Shown: one piece after another, positions 1 through 7,943 of the stretch
Layout of the letters: the number at the start of each line of letters is the position of its first letter
How positions within the stretch are numbered: the stretch's first letter is position 1
Assembly: GCF_000155895.1 (NCBI RefSeq)
Contig: NZ_DS995298.1
Span: 1,230,001-1,262,000, forward strand
Length of the DNA stretch: 32,000 bases
Direction of reading: 5' to 3'
Source of the DNA: Candidatus Pelagibacter sp. HTCC7211
GTDB lineage: Bacteria; Pseudomonadota; Alphaproteobacteria; Pelagibacterales; Pelagibacteraceae
The notes under the pieces: generated by a model
What the model was told of the DNA's origin: nothing
Seen by the model: only the letters and a program-made list of their open reading frames with translations
Database searches by the model: none
Made by a program: the position numbers and the translations under genes

Positions 1-1
1 A

Positions 2-1120
2 TGCACAACTAATGTTACACTTGGAACTAAATATGCAAAAAAACCATTAGAGTTAGATATTCCAATTACGATTGCAGGTATGAGCTTTGGAGCTTTATCT
101 GGTCCAGCTAAAGAAGCACTAGGTAGAGGTGCTAGTGCTGCTGGAACTTCTACAACAACTGGTGATGGAGGAATGACCCCTGAAGAAAGAGGACAATCAA
201 AATATTTAGTTTATCAGTTATTACCCTCTAGATATGGCATGAATCCTGATGATTTAAGAAAAGCCGATGCAATAGAAGTTGTTATTGGCCAGGGTGCAAA
301 ACCTGGTGGTGGTGGAATGTTATTAGGTCAAAAAATTAATGATCGAGTTGCAAAAATGAGAACTTTGCCAAAAGGTGTAGATCAAAGATCAGCGTGTAGA
401 CATCCTGATTGGACAGGACCAGATGATTTAAAAATTAAAATTTTAGAATTAAGAGAAATTACCAAATGGAAGGTTCCAATATTTATTAAAATTGCTGGAG
501 CTAGACCATATTATGATACCGCTTTAGCTGTAAAAGCAGGAGCAGATGTTGTTGTTCTTGATGGAATGCAAGGAGGAACTGCTGCAACACAAGAAGTATT
601 TATTGAAAATGTTGGTCAACCTACCCTTGCTTGTATTAAGCCAGCTGTTGATGCACTTCAAGATTTAAATTCACACCGCGAAGTACAATTAGTTATTTCT
701 GGAGGTATTAGAAATGGAGGTGACGTTGCTAAAGCTTTAGCCTTGGGGGCTGATGCTGTATCAATTGGAAGTGCAGCTATGATTGCACTTGGTGATAATG
801 ATCCTAAATGGGAAAAAGAATATAATATGCTTGGGACAACTGCAGGTGCGTATGATGATTGGCATGAAGGAAATGATCCAGCTGGAATTTCAACTCAAAA
901 TCCAAAATTAATGAAAAGATTAGATCCTGTTAAAGCAGGTAAAAGATTAACTAATTATTTAAAAGTAATGACGCTTGAAGCGCAAACTCTTGCAAGGGCT
1001 TGTGGAAAAAATAGCCTTCACAATCTTGAACCTGAAGATTTATGTGCTTTAACAGTAGAAGCAGCAGCTATGGCTGGAGTTCCCTTAGCTGGTACGAACT
1101 GGATACCTGGAAAAAAATAA
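2..1120 (+). CDS. Glutamate-synthase FMN-domain-like protein (GlxD / N-methylglutamate synthase subunit C type); 5' end lies outside the window
   Basis: The frame is open from nt 2 (...LELDIPITIAGMSFGALS...), so the ATG at 80 in the ORF track is internal. Motifs PITIAGMSFGALS, GQGAKPGGGG and ISGGIRNGGDVAKALALGADAV match the GltB FMN/TIM-barrel domain. A GS-III-like gene follows directly, as in glxBCD-glnT / mgsABC-gmaS clusters. Confidence 0.8.
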   Translation, partial: CTTNVTLGTKYAKKPLELDIPITIAGMSFGALSGPAKEALGRGASAAGTSTTTGDGGMTPEERGQSKYLVYQLLPSRYGMNPDDLRKADAIEVVIGQGAKPGGGGMLLGQKINDRVAKMRTLPKGVDQRSACRHPDWTGPDDLKIKILELREITKWKVPIFIKIAGARPYYDTALAVKAGADVVVLDGMQGGTAATQEVFIENVGQPTLACIKPAVDALQDLNSHREVQLVISGGIRNGGDVAKALALGADAVSIGSAAMIALGDNDPKWEKEYNMLGTTAGAYDDWHEGNDPAGISTQNPKLMKRLDPVKAGKRLTNYLKVMTLEAQTLARACGKNSLHNLEPEDLCALTVEAAAMAGVPLAGTNWIPGKK

Positions 1121-1154
1121 TTGATTATATTTTTTTAAACAAGTAGGGTTGTTT

Positions 1155-2480
1155 ATGCCAAAAAATCTTTCACAAATAGCAAAACAAAAAAAAATAAAAT
1201 ATTTTTTAATAAGTTTTGTTGATCTGTTTGGGGTTTTAAGATCAAAATTAGTGCCGGCACAAGCAATTGCTGAAATGCAAAAAAATGGAGCTGGATTTGC
1301 TGGATTTGCAACTTGGTTAGATATGACACCAGCAGACAGTGATATGTTTGGTGTACCAGACCCTGATAGTTTAATTCAATTACCTTGGAATAAAGAAGTA
1401 GGTTGGTTGGCATCAGATTTATATATGGACGGTAAACCTGTAAAAGCGTCTCCAAGAGTAATGTTAAAAGAACAAATAAAAAAAATGTCACAAAAAAAAT
1501 TACAGATGAAGTCTGGTGTTGAATGTGAATATTTTTTAATTTCAGAAGATGGTTCTTCAATTGCAGATAAAAGAGATATTCAATCTAAGCCTTGTTATGA
1601 TCAATCAGCTTTAATGAGAAGATATGAATTAATTAAAGAAATTTGTGATTGCATGATTGCAATGGGTTGGAAGCCATATCAAAACGATCATGAAGACGCT
1701 AATGGACAATTTGAAATGAATTGGGATTATACAGATGCTCTAATAACCGCAGATAGACATGTATTTTTTAAATATATGGTTAAAAGCTTAGCGGAAAAAC
1801 ATGGTTTAAGAGCAACTTTTATGCCAAAACCATTCCACAATCTGACTGGAAATGGATGTCATGCGCATGTCTCAGTTTGGAATGGAAAGAATAATAAATT
1901 TTTAGATAAAAAAAATAATCTTGGATTAAGTAAATTAGCCTATAATTTCTTGGGTGGTATTATGAATAACACGCAGGCATTATCTGCGTTTTTTAACCCA
2001 ACAATTAACAGCTACAGAAGAATTAATGCTCCTCCAACAAAATCTGGAGCAACGTGGTCACCAAGTAGTATTTCATATACTGGTAATAATAGAACACACA
2101 TGATAAGAATACCTGATCAAGGAAGATTTGAATTAAGATTAATGGATGGTTCAGCAAATCCATATTTACTTCAAGCTGGAATAATTGCTGCTGGACTTGA
2201 AGGAATAAATAAAAAATTAAATCCCGGAAAACCTTTACATTGCAACATGTACAAAGATTATAAAAAATATCCAAATCTTAAAAAATTACCAAACGATATC
2301 AAACAAGCAATCTCAATGCTCCAAAAAAGTAAAACCCTTTCAAATGCATTTGGTAAAGATGTAGTTGAAAGTTATATCAAACTAAAAAATTCTGAGATTA
2401 AAGATTTCAATAGTAAATCTTCATTTAATAAAAAGAAACCAGTTACCAAATGGGAAAAAGATAATACTTTAGATTGTTAG
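1155..2480 (+). CDS. gmaS: Type III glutamine-synthetase-like ligase (GlnT / gamma-glutamylmethylamide synthetase GmaS type)
   Basis: GS catalytic motifs GVECEYFL, HEDANGQFEMNW, NGCHAHVSVW, NSYRRI, NNRTHMIRIP and RFELRLMDGSANPYL are present. Length is about 440 aa, and the gene follows the glxD/mgsC-like gene. I prefer ATG 1155 over the TTG at 1149 used by the ORF track. GmaS versus GlnT cannot be resolved without aligning the ammonium-site residues. Confidence 0.75.
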   Translation: MPKNLSQIAKQKKIKYFLISFVDLFGVLRSKLVPAQAIAEMQKNGAGFAGFATWLDMTPADSDMFGVPDPDSLIQLPWNKEVGWLASDLYMDGKPVKASPRVMLKEQIKKMSQKKLQMKSGVECEYFLISEDGSSIADKRDIQSKPCYDQSALMRRYELIKEICDCMIAMGWKPYQNDHEDANGQFEMNWDYTDALITADRHVFFKYMVKSLAEKHGLRATFMPKPFHNLTGNGCHAHVSVWNGKNNKFLDKKNNLGLSKLAYNFLGGIMNNTQALSAFFNPTINSYRRINAPPTKSGATWSPSSISYTGNNRTHMIRIPDQGRFELRLMDGSANPYLLQAGIIAAGLEGINKKLNPGKPLHCNMYKDYKKYPNLKKLPNDIKQAISMLQKSKTLSNAFGKDVVESYIKLKNSEIKDFNSKSSFNKKKPVTKWEKDNTLDC

Positions 2481-2483
2481 ACT

Positions 2484-3611
2484 ATGGTAATTCTATCTAA
2501 CGGTCACCAATGGAAATATTCAGAATTTCTAGATAATAAAGATTATTCATTTGATAAAGATCAAATATTAAAATCGATATCAAAAGACGAAATAGATGAT
2601 GCTTATAATAGTATTTCTAAATGGGAGGGATATGCCCCTACTCCATTAATTTTGTTGAATAAGTTATCAAATGAATTAAGCCTTAAAAATATTTTCTATA
2701 AAGATGAAGACAAAAGATTTGATCTTAAGTCTTTTAAAGCACTTGGTGGAGCTTATGCGGTTGAGAAAGTTACTAAAGGAGACAAAGATATTGTAGTTGC
2801 TACTGCAACTGCTGGAAATCATGGTAGATCTGTTGCATGGGGAGCAAGAAGATTAGGATTAAAATGTAAAATTTTTATTAGTGAATTTGTAAGCAAGGCA
2901 AGAGGTCAGGCTATGGCTGATCTTGGTGCTGATGTTATAAAGGTTAAAGGAAATTATGAAAAATCTTTACTTGAATGCATCAAACAATCTACAGAAAATA
3001 ATTGGCAAATAGTTCAAGATGTTGCTTGGAAAGATTATATGCTGGTTCCAAAATATACTATGGCCGGTTACTCAGTAATGATGAGAGAAATCGTTGATCA
3101 AATAAATAATGAAAAAATTACACATATAATTTTACAAGCTGGTGTTGGTGGAATGGCTGGTGCCATGATTGCGGGTATTGCAAGATATTTAGATAATATT
3201 CCAATAACAATAGTCGTTGAACCTGATAGCGCAGCTTGCGTATTAGAAAGTATTAGAACAGGAAAAGTGGAAAAAATTGATATTAAAAGAGAGAGCTTGA
3301 TGGGCGGTATGTCATGTGGTGAAGTATCATTAGTGCCATGGGAAATACTAAAATATTCAGTCAAACATTGCATTAGTCTGCCTGATGATGATATCGGAAA
3401 TACCATGAAGTTATTAGGAAATTCAAGCTTCAGTGATCAAAAAATTATAGCTGGAGAAAATTCTGCACCGGGAGTAATAAGTTTAATTGCTAGCTGTGAA
3501 GATCAAAATATAAAAAAAAAATTACAATTAGATCAAAACTCAAACGTTTTAATTTTTGGTTGTGAGGGTGACACTGATAAAGAAATGTATCAAAAACTTA
3601 TAAGTCAATAA
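2484..3611 (+). CDS. dpaL: Diaminopropionate ammonia-lyase family PLP enzyme (YgeX/DpaL-like)
   Basis: By eye the protein is collinear with my recollection of E. coli YgeX. Shared blocks are YAPTPL, KDEDKRFDLKSFKALGGAY (PLP-lysine motif), TATAGNHGRSVAW, QDVAWKDY, LQAGVGGMAG, IVVEPDSAAC, MGGMSCGE and GCEGDTD. It starts 3 nt after the GS-like gene. Confidence 0.8.
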   Translation: MVILSNGHQWKYSEFLDNKDYSFDKDQILKSISKDEIDDAYNSISKWEGYAPTPLILLNKLSNELSLKNIFYKDEDKRFDLKSFKALGGAYAVEKVTKGDKDIVVATATAGNHGRSVAWGARRLGLKCKIFISEFVSKARGQAMADLGADVIKVKGNYEKSLLECIKQSTENNWQIVQDVAWKDYMLVPKYTMAGYSVMMREIVDQINNEKITHIILQAGVGGMAGAMIAGIARYLDNIPITIVVEPDSAACVLESIRTGKVEKIDIKRESLMGGMSCGEVSLVPWEILKYSVKHCISLPDDDIGNTMKLLGNSSFSDQKIIAGENSAPGVISLIASCEDQNIKKKLQLDQNSNVLIFGCEGDTDKEMYQKLISQ

Positions 3612-3620
3612 AATAATTCT

Positions 3621-4082
3621 ATGAAAAAAATTATTAAAAAAAAAGTTGATAATTTAGATTTTTATAAAATTTTTAAACCAGAGTTAACTCCAAAAAGGAT
3701 GATGGAATTGGGAGTATTTGGTGGTGCATATTTTGGATTGGATATTAAAGAATATCCAAAAGTATGGTTCAAAAATGTAAAATTAAGTAAAACATTTGAT
3801 GTACATTTAAATAGATTTAAAGTTGTGTCAGGACTTTCAAGGGAACACTGGATTGAAAAGGGATGGATATTTAAAGAGGACCCTCTAGGTTGGTTTCAAT
3901 GGTATTGTAGATTTGCTAATGGAAGAAGAATTCCAGCAATGGATGAGATACAAATTAAAAGATGGAAAAATTTTAGAAGACATGTTTTAGCAATAGAAAA
4001 GAACTGTGAAAAGGGTGACCTCGGATGCAGAAAAAGACAGAGACAAGCTATATTGCAATGGGCTTATGATCCTTATAGATAA
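3621..4082 (+). CDS. Conserved hypothetical protein, 153 aa, basic and Trp-rich
   Basis: A clean ORF 9 nt after dpaL with an ATG start. Motif DPLGWFQWYCRFANGRR...QIKRW and 7 Trp residues. There is no signal peptide or transmembrane segment. I cannot place it in a named family. Confidence 0.6.
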   Translation: MKKIIKKKVDNLDFYKIFKPELTPKRMMELGVFGGAYFGLDIKEYPKVWFKNVKLSKTFDVHLNRFKVVSGLSREHWIEKGWIFKEDPLGWFQWYCRFANGRRIPAMDEIQIKRWKNFRRHVLAIEKNCEKGDLGCRKRQRQAILQWAYDPYR

Positions 4083-4103
4083 AAAAATTTAAGATATAAA
4101 AGA

Positions 4104-4526
4104 TTAAATATCACCAATAAAATGATGGATAATTGATCTATTCTGTTGCTCTAAACGATGTTCAAATAAATATAAACCCTGCCAAGTTCCAAGCAATAAT
4201 TCACTATCTTTAATACTAAGAGAGATTTGATTATTAGTTAATGACGATTTGATATGTGCAGGCATATCATCTTTACCCTCAGTAGTGTGGACATACAATT
4301 TATTATCCATAGGTACCAATTTATCAAAATAATTTATTAAATCTGTTTGAACATCTGGATCAGCATTTTCCTGTACAATTAAAGACGCACTAGTATGTTG
4401 AATACTTAGATTAAGGATTCCATTTTTAAAATTATTTTTGTTGATCCACTGAATTGTCTGATCAGTGAATTCATACAATTTTTGACCATTAGTAGTTATT
4501 TTAAGATTAAAGAACTCTTGCTTCAT
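4104..4526 (-). CDS. yjbQ: YjbQ/UPF0047 family protein (secondary thiamine-phosphate synthase-like)
   Basis: Motif IQHTSASLIVQENADPDVQTDL plus ...MPAHIKSSL..., about 140 aa, typical of YjbQ. Its start overlaps the zapE stop by 1 nt (TAATG on the minus strand). Confidence 0.8.
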   Translation of the reverse strand: MKQEFFNLKITTNGQKLYEFTDQTIQWINKNNFKNGILNLSIQHTSASLIVQENADPDVQTDLINYFDKLVPMDNKLYVHTTEGKDDMPAHIKSSLTNNQISLSIKDSELLLGTWQGLYLFEHRLEQQNRSIIHHFIGDI

Positions 4527-5578
4527 TAATTCTTTTCCACTGATGTTAACTCATATAATCGACTGACAGTCCTTTTAAAAGGATTTTGTAACAATCTCGA
4601 TGAAGTAAATTGATCTATATTTTGTTCTGCAGTTACTGCTAGAGGAATATTTTTGTCATATATGACATCAATTAATGTAATAAACCGATGTTGTTGATTA
4701 GAATTAATATCATTAAATTGTGGGATATGATCAATTGTAATAAATTTACAGTTTTTAATTATTTCTAAATAATCTTCAGCACCAAGATTTTGAGAGCATA
4801 AATCATTAAAATTAAATCTTACAACTCCCTCGTAAAAATTTTCTATTTTAAAATCTCTCCCCTTTACATTAATTATTTTTGATGAATGGTTTTTTCCTTT
4901 TGTGATAGTTCTAAAAAATTTGTTTATTTTAAAATTAGTCTCTTGATTGAGTGGATAAAAATATCTTTGTTTTTGATTGTCATTTGATTTTCTATAATCA
5001 TCCTCTATTTTTAGTTCACACTCAATAGATTGTTTTTCCATAATTTTTATAAAAGGTTTAAACTGATCTCTTTGGAGGCCATCTTTATAAAGTTCAGATA
5101 TTCTTGTATTTGAAGTCAAAATTATTTGTATATTTTCATTTAAAATTTGCTCAAATAATTTTCCTAGAATCATTGCATCAACAATATTAGTTACTTGAAA
5201 CTCATCAAAATAAATTAATTCAGTTTTAGATTTTAAATCTTTTACAAATTGATAAATTATATTTTCCTCATTTTTTTCTTTTCTTTGATGAACAAAATCA
5301 TGAAAACTCAGCATAAACTCATTAAAATGTAATCTTAATTTTTTTTCCTCAACTAGATCAAAAAAAAAATTTAAGATCATAGTTTTTCCTACACCCACAC
5401 CACCATGTAAATAAAAAACTTGTTTTGAATTATCTTTTAAAAAAAATTTTTTAAAAATTGATTTATTAAAATTAGAAGTATAAAAACTTTCAATTTTATT
5501 AACTATTGTTAATTGATAAGCATTTATTTCTAAATTATTTTTTTTACAAAAATTTTGGAAAAGATTATTTAAATTCAT
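4526..5578 (-). CDS. zapE: AFG1-like ATPase / cell-division factor ZapE
   Basis: Walker A HGGVGVGKT, Walker B LIYFDEFQV, and about 350 aa of AFG1/ZapE architecture. Its start overlaps the upstream stop as ATGA. Confidence 0.8.
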   Translation of the reverse strand: MNLNNLFQNFCKKNNLEINAYQLTIVNKIESFYTSNFNKSIFKKFFLKDNSKQVFYLHGGVGVGKTMILNFFFDLVEEKKLRLHFNEFMLSFHDFVHQRKEKNEENIIYQFVKDLKSKTELIYFDEFQVTNIVDAMILGKLFEQILNENIQIILTSNTRISELYKDGLQRDQFKPFIKIMEKQSIECELKIEDDYRKSNDNQKQRYFYPLNQETNFKINKFFRTITKGKNHSSKIINVKGRDFKIENFYEGVVRFNFNDLCSQNLGAEDYLEIIKNCKFITIDHIPQFNDINSNQQHRFITLIDVIYDKNIPLAVTAEQNIDQFTSSRLLQNPFKRTVSRLYELTSVEKN

Positions 5579-6003
5579 TTTTTAGTTTTAAAATCTATAC
5601 CGTATTCTGATCTTGGACCCTTTCTAAGACCAAATGGTCCTGAAATAAATAAAGTTAATGGCCTTGTACCGGGTTTTAGATCAACTCTATGCAAGTTATT
5701 TGCAGATCTAAACCCAATATATCCTGGTGGTCTCCAATATTTTCCTGTTTTTAGAGTTTCCCAATAACCGCCCCTTAATATTATAGTTATATAAGGAAAA
5801 GTATGATTATGAACACCTTCGCCATGATCATCTGCAAGCATTTCATGAATTAAAATATTAAATGGGAACCATTTAGGACGATGTCTTAGAAAAACATAAT
5901 ACCTATTCATCCATGGTTTGGCTTCATTAAATCTGGGGTGAGATGGTCCTCTATCTAAAACAACTTTTTTTCTTCCGATCTTATCTAATAATCTTAAGAT
6001 CAT
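5575..6003 (-). CDS. Conserved hypothetical small protein with an HxH...H (cupin-like?) motif
   Basis: 142 aa. Pattern RYYVFLR...ILIHEML.DDHGEGVHNHTFPYITIILRGGYWE...LHRV...TLFISGP resembles a widespread uncharacterised family that usually carries HDHPW. Gene boundaries are tight (2-nt gap upstream, 4-nt overlap downstream). Confidence 0.55.
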   Translation of the reverse strand: MILRLLDKIGRKKVVLDRGPSHPRFNEAKPWMNRYYVFLRHRPKWFPFNILIHEMLADDHGEGVHNHTFPYITIILRGGYWETLKTGKYWRPPGYIGFRSANNLHRVDLKPGTRPLTLFISGPFGLRKGPRSEYGIDFKTKK

Positions 6004-6005
6004 GG

Positions 6006-7304
6006 CTAATTATACTGAACAATTGATCCATTTCTTATTACAAACAAATTTTGATTAAAGATAAATGGTCTTGAAACAAAATCTCCAGAAACCTTTTCTA
6101 TTGTTTTAATATTTCCAATACTCAAATCTGCTAAAATCATTTTTCCATCAGAATTTGTGAGATATAAAGTCGTGTCATCGATTGCAAAACCTACTGGCTT
6201 AATATCTTTTCTTTTTTTAAGTTTATAGTTCTTCAACAAATCAGTAACACGAATAATATTTCCTTTATTTTTTTCAATAGTTAATAAATATCCATCCTCA
6301 GATACCGTAAAAATTAAATTTCCAGTTATTACAGGTGTAATGTTAGAGCTAATTTCATTTTTCCAGTTAATTATTCCATTTTTAAGATCGATTGAATAAA
6401 ATTCATTTTTATTATTTGAAAAATAAATAGAATTTCCATCAGAAACTAATTTTGAAACTTTAAAATTATAGGTTTCATTAATTATTGAGCTACTTTGTGT
6501 TGGTAGCTGCCAGATTATTAATCCTGTTTCAATATCAGCTGCAGTTATATCACCGATTGAATTACTAAATACCACTAAATCGTCAACTATAATTAAGGAT
6601 AATTTTGAATTAGAGATAGTAAAAGAGTCCTCAGTTTTTAAGTTCCAACATTCATTGCCGGTTTTTATCTCATAACATCTTAAAGTATTTTTATAATCAA
6701 TAACAAAAAATTTATCTTTATGTTTTTTAATATCAGAATTAAAAGGGTAAGTATTATTTTTAGACCAATTTAATTCCCCTGAATTAATATTTATTGAATA
6801 ATATTTTGCTATACTATCAGTAACTAATAAATTTTTAGCGTCTAATCCAAAGTTTAATTTAGGTTTTTGCTTTTTTTCTGCTTTTGAATAATGGTTTTTT
6901 TTCCATAATACTTTTTTATTATTATTGTACCTGATTATTGAACCTTTTTTATCAAAAAATATTAGACCATTTTCTAAAAAAACTGGTTTAAAATTTAACT
7001 GGTTAATCTCTTCAAATTTTCCAAATTTATATGTCCCAATCTTTTTTAACAAACCACTATATTTTTGAGCACCATAATTATTTTTGTTATCTATAATTCT
7101 GTTGTTAGTTTTAATTTTCGTTAAATCTAATTTTAGTTCTTGGTTAAACTCTGAGGAAATCTTTTTTTCTTCTGAAAAAACCTTTTTAATATTTTTTACT
7201 GGTTCTAATTTTTTTTCTTTATCTTTCCAAATACGTGAATTTTCATTAAATGAACAATGATTTAATAAAATCAATGATATTATTAAAATAATTACTCTAG
7301 TCAC
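6006..7304 (-). CDS. bamB: Outer-membrane assembly lipoprotein BamB (PQQ-like beta-propeller)
   Basis: N-terminal signal with Cys (IISLILLNHCSF), followed by repeated beta-propeller blades (W..., G.I.A.D...G...W patterns). It sits directly downstream of a YfgM-like gene, as in many proteobacteria. The start is GTG at 7304, overlapping the upstream gene by 8 nt. Confidence 0.65.
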   Translation of the reverse strand: MTRVIILIISLILLNHCSFNENSRIWKDKEKKLEPVKNIKKVFSEEKKISSEFNQELKLDLTKIKTNNRIIDNKNNYGAQKYSGLLKKIGTYKFGKFEEINQLNFKPVFLENGLIFFDKKGSIIRYNNNKKVLWKKNHYSKAEKKQKPKLNFGLDAKNLLVTDSIAKYYSININSGELNWSKNNTYPFNSDIKKHKDKFFVIDYKNTLRCYEIKTGNECWNLKTEDSFTISNSKLSLIIVDDLVVFSNSIGDITAADIETGLIIWQLPTQSSSIINETYNFKVSKLVSDGNSIYFSNNKNEFYSIDLKNGIINWKNEISSNITPVITGNLIFTVSEDGYLLTIEKNKGNIIRVTDLLKNYKLKKRKDIKPVGFAIDDTTLYLTNSDGKMILADLSIGNIKTIEKVSGDFVSRPFIFNQNLFVIRNGSIVQYN

Positions 7305-7941
7305 TCAAATCTCTGTTCAATCTTTTTTCAGCTTGTAATTTTATATCTGAATTAGGGTTTTCTAAACTGATGATTTGATTGAAAAATTCTTTTGATTTTT
7401 GCTTTTGATCTTTTGAATAAAAAAACTCAGCCATCAGATACAATGCGTGGGATCTCCACACACTTTCAGAATTAATTAATGGATTTAAAATATTAAGCAA
7501 ATCACTCTCTTGAGCTTGATCTGCATTAAATAATGCTTTTTTATAAATTACTAAATTATTTATTTCTTTATCAAGTGGTGTATTTTCAATTAATAGATCA
7601 AAATATTCATTTATTTTAGCACGATCAGAAATAAGTTTTTTATCTAGAATAAAGTATAGTGATAACGGAGAGTAAGTAGGATCTTTTTTATTGATGATTT
7701 CTACTAAATTTTTTATCGTGCTTTCTTTATTTTTATCTGAATGCATTAATGTCGTCGAATTAAATTTATTTGAAATTTCTATTTTTTGATTAGTTTTATA
7801 TTTATCAAAACTATATGCTGCTATTAGAACAATCATTATAGCAAGCAAAATTACAATAATTTTACTTTTATTTTTAACAAAAAAATTTCTTACTCTTTCG
7901 TTTCTTGTGTTGCTATTTATAATTGAAATTTCTTCATCCAT
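7297..7941 (-). CDS. YfgM-like membrane-anchored TPR-like protein
   Basis: A single N-terminal transmembrane segment (IIVILLAIMIVLIAAY) followed by a helical, TPR-like soluble domain. Its position immediately upstream of bamB is the conserved yfgM-bamB arrangement. Confidence 0.55.
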   Translation of the reverse strand: MDEEISIINSNTRNERVRNFFVKNKSKIIVILLAIMIVLIAAYSFDKYKTNQKIEISNKFNSTTLMHSDKNKESTIKNLVEIINKKDPTYSPLSLYFILDKKLISDRAKINEYFDLLIENTPLDKEINNLVIYKKALFNADQAQESDLLNILNPLINSESVWRSHALYLMAEFFYSKDQKQKSKEFFNQIISLENPNSDIKLQAEKRLNRDLSD

Positions 7942-7943
7942 AA

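Noticed and set aside
1149-1154. TTG-initiated starts used by the ORF track at 1149, 15959 and 24455
   Set aside because: In each case an ATG follows closely in frame (1155, 15962, and 24518 or 24602) and gives a more conventional N-terminus. For 24455 the extra sequence is extremely AT-rich spacer-like DNA containing the inverted repeat.
1153-3406. ORF-track entries 1153-1560(-), 2023-2274(-) and 3098-3406(-), antisense to the GS-like and DpaL-like genes
   Set aside because: They lie wholly inside strongly supported genes on the opposite strand. Their translations are low-complexity and Leu/Phe/Ile/Gln-rich, as expected from the reverse complement of AT-rich coding sequence, and carry no recognisable motifs.
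3522-3531. Homopolymer A/T runs of 8-10 nt inside genes (for example A10 at 3522-3531 in dpaL, the A9 run near 1186-1194 in the GS-like gene, and the A-run near 5360-5369 in zapE) as possible slippage or phase-variation sites
   Set aside because: All the affected reading frames are intact, and the runs encode Lys/Phe stretches expected from the extreme AT bias. There is no sign of frameshifted duplicates.
5575-6003. The small HxH protein as a DddK-like cupin DMSP lyase
   Set aside because: It does not resemble my recollection of the SAR11 DddK sequence. The two canonical cupin motifs are not cleanly present, and it lies far from the dmdA block.
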